Assembly (NCBI GenBank): GCA_023245335.1
Contig: JAHFKK010000001.1
Span: 619,282 to 683,281, forward strand
Direction of reading: 5' to 3'
Length of the DNA stretch: 64,000 bases
DNA from: Candidatus Gottesmanbacteria bacterium
GTDB taxonomy: Bacteria > Patescibacteriota > Microgenomatia > UBA10105 > UBA927
The notes below the pieces were generated by a model. It was not told the origin of the DNA. It ran no database searches and saw only the letters and a list, made by a program, of their open reading frames with translations. The position numbers were made by a program, and so were the translations under genes. Positions within the stretch are counted from its first letter, which is position 1. Each line of letters opens with the position of its first letter. Below, piece by piece: positions 58,891-64,000 of this stretch.

Positions 58891-59886
58891 ATGAAGATTT
58901 TGGTGACGGGTGGCGCAGGCTACATCGGCAGCCACATGACCCGCATGCTTGTGTCACGAGGATACGATGTCGTTGTCCTTGATACCATGGAGTTCGGTCA
59001 CAAGGAAGCCCTGCCGGATAAAGCTACACTTGTCGTCGGAAATGTAGCTGATGAGAACGTCGTCCGGAAGCTATTTTCAGACCATACTATAGACGGCGTC
59101 CTGCATTTTGCTGGCTACATCTCCGTCGAGGAATCCGTGAAAGACCCTATCAAATACATGAAAAATAATACGATAGGTCCGGTCAACCTTCTCGAGTGTA
59201 TGCGGGGAGCCGGTGTCAAATATATTATTTTTTCTTCTACCGCAGCTGTGTACGGCAATCCTATGACGGTGCCTATCCCGGAGGATCACCGTAAAGAACC
59301 TATCTCGCCGTATGGCCTGTCCAAATGGGTATTTGAGGAGCTTTTGCGGGTTTATGACCGTTCATATGGCTTACGAAGCATCGCATTTCGGTACTTTAAT
59401 GCGGCAGGCGCGAGCTTAGACGCTTTGCATGGAGAATTGCACCGGCCGGAAACCCACCTCATACCTCTGGCGTGCGCTGCAGCCTTGGGGATGAGAGACG
59501 GATTTTCGGTATATGGCACGGATTATGATACCCCGGACGGGTCAGCACTTCGGGACTATATCCATGTTGAAGATTTATGTGCAGCTCATATTCTCGGTCT
59601 GGAAGCATTGGGAAACGGTCACGAAACTCAGGTTTATAATGTGGGAACAGGAGTCGGCATCAGCGTAAAAGAGGTTATTAGAGCCGTCCGAAAGATATCG
59701 GGGCGCGATTTTTCCATAAAGGAGTCCGGCAGAAGGTCCGGAGACGCGTCGGTTCTCGTGTCTGATCCCGCTCGAATTATGAAGGAGTTTGGATGGAAGC
59801 CGAAATACTCCGATATTGATGCTGTCGTAAAAACCGCACTTGCCTGGCACACGTCACATCCCGAAGGCTATGAGAATCGCCATTGA
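58891..59886 (+). CDS. galE: UDP-glucose 4-epimerase
   Basis: 'MKILVTGGAGYIGSH', 'YGLSKWVFEE' (YxxxK) and 'FRYFNAAGA' are classic GalE segments. The start is chosen at the Met at 58891 within the longer track ORF. Confidence 0.8.
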   Translation: MKILVTGGAGYIGSHMTRMLVSRGYDVVVLDTMEFGHKEALPDKATLVVGNVADENVVRKLFSDHTIDGVLHFAGYISVEESVKDPIKYMKNNTIGPVNLLECMRGAGVKYIIFSSTAAVYGNPMTVPIPEDHRKEPISPYGLSKWVFEELLRVYDRSYGLRSIAFRYFNAAGASLDALHGELHRPETHLIPLACAAALGMRDGFSVYGTDYDTPDGSALRDYIHVEDLCAAHILGLEALGNGHETQVYNVGTGVGISVKEVIRAVRKISGRDFSIKESGRRSGDASVLVSDPARIMKEFGWKPKYSDIDAVVKTALAWHTSHPEGYENRH

Positions 59887-60454
59887 TATCAGTCAAATCG
59901 TCTACGAAGGAACCGGTGTGTCTCGGTACGTCCGCAATCTCGTCTTCTCACTGCTTCGGCATGATACGAAGAACGAGTATGTTCTTTTTGGGGCTTCATT
60001 ACGGAAGCGTGAGGTGTTTCTTGCTTTCGCGTCTTCTTTGAAGCAGTATGGCTCGCGTGTCCGGCTGGTTGCTGTACCCATCCCACCTACACTTATGGAC
60101 CTCATGTGGAATGTGTGGCACGTAATACCTGCAGAATGGTTTGTCGGACCGGTTGATGTTTTTTGGTCAAGCGACTGGACACAGCCTCCTCTAGCGATTG
60201 CTCATGGCATCACGACGGTTCATGATTTGAGCCCGTATTATTTCCCGAAGGAATCGCATGACAGAACGGAATTGGATGTATCCCGCGCACACATATCGCC
60301 GAATATTGTAGGAGTGCAGGCACGGCGTTTGGCATATGTGGCCAAGGAGTGCGGCATGATATTTTGTGATTCTGAGGCGACGAAAACGGATTTCATGAAG
60401 CTCTTTCAGGTTCCAGACAGCCGGTTAGTGGTAGTCTACCCGGGATTTACATAA
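59870..60454 (+). CDS. GT4 glycosyltransferase N-terminal domain only (truncated paralogue of the downstream gene)
   Basis: It ends at '...VVVYPGFT*', the N/C-domain junction of GT-B enzymes. No C-terminal nucleotide-binding domain is present. The N-terminus 'MRIAIDISQIVYEGTGVSRYV' parallels 'MILAIDGYEANAANRVGVGRYS' of the next gene. Confidence 0.5.
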   Translation: MRIAIDISQIVYEGTGVSRYVRNLVFSLLRHDTKNEYVLFGASLRKREVFLAFASSLKQYGSRVRLVAVPIPPTLMDLMWNVWHVIPAEWFVGPVDVFWSSDWTQPPLAIAHGITTVHDLSPYYFPKESHDRTELDVSRAHISPNIVGVQARRLAYVAKECGMIFCDSEATKTDFMKLFQVPDSRLVVVYPGFT

Positions 60455-60457
60455 TCT

Positions 60458-61588
60458 ATGATTTTAGCAATAGACGGTTATGAAGCAAATGCGGCCAATC
60501 GCGTCGGAGTCGGCAGGTATTCCCTGGAACTTCTGACGCATATGCACGCGCGTATAGGAAACGGCGCTTCCCCTCTTAGCGCTGTGCGTGTGTACCTTCC
60601 GGATCGCCCGGCTAGCCATATGCCCAAAAGCGCAGATTACTGGAAATATTCTGTCCGTTCGCCGAAAACACTGTGGACGTTTTGGGCTTTCCCGATGGCT
60701 TTGCGCAGAGACAGACCACCGGCTGATGTCGTTTTTTCACCGACCCATTACCTGCCCCGCTTTGTCGCCGTCCCCAAAGTAATGGCAATTATGGACGTTT
60801 CGTATCTTAAGTATCCGGAACTGTTTCGGCCTCAAGATCTCCACAAACTTGTGCATTGGACGGCATATTCCGTCCGTCATGCTGCTGCGATCATCACGAT
60901 CAGCGAATTCAGCAAAAATGCTATAATAGAAGCCTACAATGTGCCGGACAGTCGGATCACCGTTGCCTATCCGGCTTTATCGGACTCGGTAGGGGAAAAA
61001 AGAAATATGCTGAAAACCGCGTCGCATCCAAAAGTACCAAAACGATATATTCTTTCCGTCGGGACACTCCAACCCCGCAAAAATTTCTCACGTCTCATCG
61101 AAGCATTCTCGCGTCTGTCTGACCACGAAATCGCACTGGTGATCGTCGGGAAAAAAGGATGGATGTACGAGGATATCCTGTCTGCTCCTGCACGCTTTGG
61201 TGTCAGTGACCGGGTGCATTTTTTGGATTTTGTCGCCGACTCCGATCTGCCGTCACTCTACCGCAACGCTCAGCTTTTTGCGCTTCCGAGCCTCTACGAG
61301 GGATTCGGGCTGCCGGTTCTTGAAGCGATGGTACATGGCGTACCCGTCGTAGTAAGTAATACCTCAAGCTTACCCGAAATCGCAGGTAAGGCAGGTATGT
61401 ACGTAGATCCTTCCGATACGGCAAGCATCGTCGAGGGTATGAGTCAGGCTATCCGGGAAAAAGGGACGGATGAGGAAAAATCTCGGATCGCTCTCGGCAA
61501 AAAGCTCGCAAAGCGTTTTACCTGGGACCGTTCGGCAGAAGTGGTACTCGACGTCCTTGCCCGTGTAGCAAAGGAGAGCAGACCATGA
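60458..61588 (+). CDS. GT4 (group 1) glycosyltransferase
   Basis: 376 aa, complete GT-B fold with 'EGFGLPVLEAMVHGVPVVVSNTSSLPE'. Confidence 0.75.
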   Translation: MILAIDGYEANAANRVGVGRYSLELLTHMHARIGNGASPLSAVRVYLPDRPASHMPKSADYWKYSVRSPKTLWTFWAFPMALRRDRPPADVVFSPTHYLPRFVAVPKVMAIMDVSYLKYPELFRPQDLHKLVHWTAYSVRHAAAIITISEFSKNAIIEAYNVPDSRITVAYPALSDSVGEKRNMLKTASHPKVPKRYILSVGTLQPRKNFSRLIEAFSRLSDHEIALVIVGKKGWMYEDILSAPARFGVSDRVHFLDFVADSDLPSLYRNAQLFALPSLYEGFGLPVLEAMVHGVPVVVSNTSSLPEIAGKAGMYVDPSDTASIVEGMSQAIREKGTDEEKSRIALGKKLAKRFTWDRSAEVVLDVLARVAKESRP

Positions 61589-62184
61589 GGATACTCATCG
61601 ATTTTTGGGTCTATTTGGCGACTCTCGTGGGATACATACCCAGCCATACCATACGCCTATTCTTCTACCGGTATCTTTTTGGTGTGCGTATAGGCGCCGA
61701 TTCTTCGATCCATTGGCGTGCCGAGTTTAACAATCCGGCGGGAATCGCGATCGGTCACAATACTATCATCGGCAATGACGCGTTTTTGGACGGACGGTAC
61801 AAGCGTACAAACGTCAAAGGGGCGGGAATAGCCACAAGTTACTTCAAACAATTGTTTGGAAAAGGAGTTCGTCCTCTCACGATCGGTAATAACGTATCGA
61901 TCGCCGGGGAAGTGCGGATATACACGATGGAGCACGATATAGATAGCCCGGACTTTTCGGAAACCGGTGCTCCCGTGACCATCGAGGATTATGCGGTCAT
62001 AGGCACCAGGGTCACGATACTCCCGGGGGTGACCGTGGGTCGTGGAGCGGTGGTTGCGTCAGGCGCGGTCGTCACAAAAGACGTTCCTTCGTTTACTGTC
62101 GTCGGAGGGGTCCCTGCACAATTTATCAAAAACCGCAATAAAGATGTACACTATACGCTCAAGTTCGCCCGGCTCTTCCAATAA
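61585..62184 (+). CDS. Hexapeptide-repeat (LbH) sugar O-acetyltransferase, WcaF/WbbJ-like, with N-terminal hydrophobic segment
   Basis: 199 aa with repeated [LIV]-G-x-x-x-x hexads ('IGHNTIIGNDAFL', 'TIGNNVSIAGEVRI', 'AVIGTRVTILPGVTVGRGAVVASGAVV'). Confidence 0.75.
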   Translation: MRILIDFWVYLATLVGYIPSHTIRLFFYRYLFGVRIGADSSIHWRAEFNNPAGIAIGHNTIIGNDAFLDGRYKRTNVKGAGIATSYFKQLFGKGVRPLTIGNNVSIAGEVRIYTMEHDIDSPDFSETGAPVTIEDYAVIGTRVTILPGVTVGRGAVVASGAVVTKDVPSFTVVGGVPAQFIKNRNKDVHYTLKFARLFQ

Positions 62185-62209
62185 GGTGCGGTATTCATAC
62201 CATTAAGTC

Positions 62210-63076
62210 ATGGACCTATCCGTTATTATCATTAGTTTCAATACCAAAAAGCTTACAGAGGATTGTTTGACGTCGACCATAAAGAGTCTCAAACAAGCCA
62301 AACTGACGTGGGAGATTATTGTCGTCGACAACGTATCTACAGACGGAACGCGGGAGATGCTCAAGAAGAAATTTCCCGAAGTCCGGACGATCCTCAATCA
62401 GGAAAATGTCGGTTTTGGCAGGGGAAATAACCAGGGGATCAAGGCGGCCAAAGGAGAATATATCCTCCTTCTCAACTCCGATACGGTCGTCCTCAATACG
62501 GCGATAGGGAAGCTTCTTTCGTTTGCCAAGCAGCATCCGAATGCGTTTGTCGGGCCGAAACTTTTGAACCTCGACCGCAGCCCCCAAACGTCCTGCGGAC
62601 CGTTTTTTTCGCTGCCGGTCGTTTTTATAGCGCTGTTTCTGAAAGGTGACCGGTTGGGCATCACCCGTTGGTCTCCCAATCATGTACGCAAAGTGGATTG
62701 GGTTTCGGGAGCCTGCATACTCGCGGCCAAACGGCTATTTATGAACGATCTATTGTTTGATGAGAAAATATTTATGTATATGGAAGAAATAGATCTTTTG
62801 TATCGGGCGAAAAAGAAAGGATATGCCACCTACTTTTACCCCAGGAGCCTTATCGTACACGTAGGGAGCGGCAGCTCGACGGATAAGCGAAAAGGACCGG
62901 TATTGAACATATACCGCGGATATGTGTATGTATACACAAAGCATTATTCCGGGCTCTCGCTGTCGATACTTCGTGGTATGCTAAAAACGAAAGCTATGAT
63001 TTCGTGGCTTATAGGAGTACTCACGGGGAGCGCGTATCTTAAAGAAACTTATGCAGAAGCTTATCAATTGGTGTAA
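62210..63076 (+). CDS. GT2 glycosyltransferase
   Basis: 288 aa with 'LSVIIISFNTKKL', 'VVDNVSTDGT', 'LNSD' and 'MEEIDLLYRA'. Confidence 0.75.
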   Translation: MDLSVIIISFNTKKLTEDCLTSTIKSLKQAKLTWEIIVVDNVSTDGTREMLKKKFPEVRTILNQENVGFGRGNNQGIKAAKGEYILLLNSDTVVLNTAIGKLLSFAKQHPNAFVGPKLLNLDRSPQTSCGPFFSLPVVFIALFLKGDRLGITRWSPNHVRKVDWVSGACILAAKRLFMNDLLFDEKIFMYMEEIDLLYRAKKKGYATYFYPRSLIVHVGSGSSTDKRKGPVLNIYRGYVYVYTKHYSGLSLSILRGMLKTKAMISWLIGVLTGSAYLKETYAEAYQLV

Positions 63077-64000
63077 GGACCATTGGTTGTTTTTGGCAAC
63101 CTGTTTTTTGTTGGCGTTTATCCCGCTTTATCCGAAGCTGCCGCTTATAAATGTCATCCGGACGTGGGTATACGTACGATTGGAAGATTTTTTCATCGGT
63201 GTCACCATAGTGGGATTTCTCATATACCTCGTCCGTCGGAGAGAGATCCCGAATACGCCCCTCACCACGCCCATAGTGGTCTATTGGGTCGTCGGATTTA
63301 TATCCATGGTCTGGGCTATTATTTTTTTGCGGAATGTCATCCCAGGATTTTTTCCTCACCTGGCGATCCTTCACTTCGGGAGACGGATCGAATACATGGG
63401 CTTATTTTTCATCGGTTTCTATGCCATACGGAAACGCACGAAATTATTGCCGGCAGTGGTATGGACGCTCGCTCTGACCCTTATCGGCATCATTATCTAT
63501 GGAGTAGGACAGAAGTTTTTGGGATGGCCCGCGTACCTTACCATGAATGAGGAATTCGCCAAGGGCGTGCCGCTTCGCCTTCCTCCCACCGCGAGAATCG
63601 CTTCGACTTTTGGCGGCCATTATGACCTCGCGGCGTATCTTGTTTTTATCGTGCCGCTTTTCGGGAGTCTCGCGTTTGGAATGAAAAAAATATGGCAACG
63701 GCTCCTTATGATCCTTCTTGCTGCCGGAGGCTTAGTCATGCTTCTTTTTACGGCATCCCGGATATCGTTTGGCGTTTACCTTGTCGCGATTACGACCATG
63801 CTCATATGGAAACGGAAATACTGGTATATTCTTCCGGTTATTGTCGTGAGTTTCCTGCTTCTCAATTCCGTTTCCACCGCATCGGACCGGTTCTATAAGA
63901 CGCTTAGGTTTTCGGACGTCGTTATAGACCTTTCGACAGGACAGCCGATAGGCACGCTGGATCAGTTGGAAAACGGCAAAGCCATAGTCAACAAAAAAGA
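63051..64000 (+). CDS. O-antigen ligase/polymerase-like (Wzy_C-type) polytopic membrane protein, 3' partial at the window edge
   Basis: Open frame from the ATG at 63051 to the window end with no stop. It is absent from the ORF track, presumably because it is open-ended. It is hydrophobic throughout, and 'LLFTASRISFGVYLVAIT' resembles the O-antigen ligase 'T-x-SR' region. Confidence 0.5.
   Translation, partial: MQKLINWCKDHWLFLATCFLLAFIPLYPKLPLINVIRTWVYVRLEDFFIGVTIVGFLIYLVRRREIPNTPLTTPIVVYWVVGFISMVWAIIFLRNVIPGFFPHLAILHFGRRIEYMGLFFIGFYAIRKRTKLLPAVVWTLALTLIGIIIYGVGQKFLGWPAYLTMNEEFAKGVPLRLPPTARIASTFGGHYDLAAYLVFIVPLFGSLAFGMKKIWQRLLMILLAAGGLVMLLFTASRISFGVYLVAITTMLIWKRKYWYILPVIVVSFLLLNSVSTASDRFYKTLRFSDVVIDLSTGQPIGTLDQLENGKAIVNKK

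Noticed and set aside
63083-63550. 155 aa track ORF 'MVVFGNLFFVGV...HHSGISHIPRPSERDP'
   Set aside because: The composition is rich in His, Arg, Cys and Pro and is not protein-like. The overlapping frame starting at 63051 gives a coherent polytopic membrane protein instead.
1-64000. Searched by eye for CRISPR repeats, tRNA/rRNA genes, transposase/integrase motifs and terminal inverted repeats
   Set aside because: I found no periodic direct repeats, no tRNA-like cloverleaf candidates in the few intergenic gaps (14132..14300, 23334..23382, 44735..44793, 47559..47686, 55494..55690), and no DDE or tyrosine-recombinase signatures.

Overview
The window is an almost gap-free, mostly plus-strand run of about 50 protein-coding genes. 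Nearly all of them belong to one theme: extracytoplasmic glycosylation from lipid-linked sugar donors. I see no rRNA, tRNA, CRISPR array, transposase or integrase.

Gene content:
- About 17 multi-pass membrane proteins of GT-C-like architecture. These comprise 3 YfhO-family proteins, 2 proteins with a PTPS-related (PF10131-like) membrane domain, 5 GT39/PMT-like paralogues with the signature 'DE..G(Y)NAYS..TG.DE.G', 2 divergent ArnT/COG1807-like proteins, one GT87/DUF2029-like, one PIG-V/GT76-like, and 4 further large membrane proteins of unassigned family.
- About 11 GT2 glycosyltransferases, several of which resemble the DPM1/GtrB/ArnC type that makes polyprenyl-phosphate sugars.
- 7 GT4 glycosyltransferases, one of them truncated.
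- 2 Wzx-like flippases.
- 4 class I SAM-dependent methyltransferases.
- A hexapeptide acetyltransferase.
- Nucleotide-sugar enzymes: GDP-fucose synthase, UDP-glucuronate decarboxylase, UDP-glucose 4-epimerase, and 4 further SDR epimerase/dehydratases.
- An O-antigen ligase/polymerase-like gene that runs off the 3' edge.

Architecture:
- A 7.4 kb block (14509..21922) lies on the minus strand. One end carries a frameshifted PIN-like relic; the other ends in a head-to-head CATG in which both divergent start codons are embedded.
- The stretch from about 43.7 kb to about 57.7 kb is visibly AT-richer than the rest. It carries repeated methyltransferase/GT4 modules and two giant membrane proteins, which is consistent with laterally acquired cargo.

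Gene overlaps of 4 to about 47 nt are frequent. The overall picture is a glycosylation super-locus with massive GT-C paralogue expansion. This may indicate an uncultivated, CPR/Patescibacteria-like bacterium, but that is inference.
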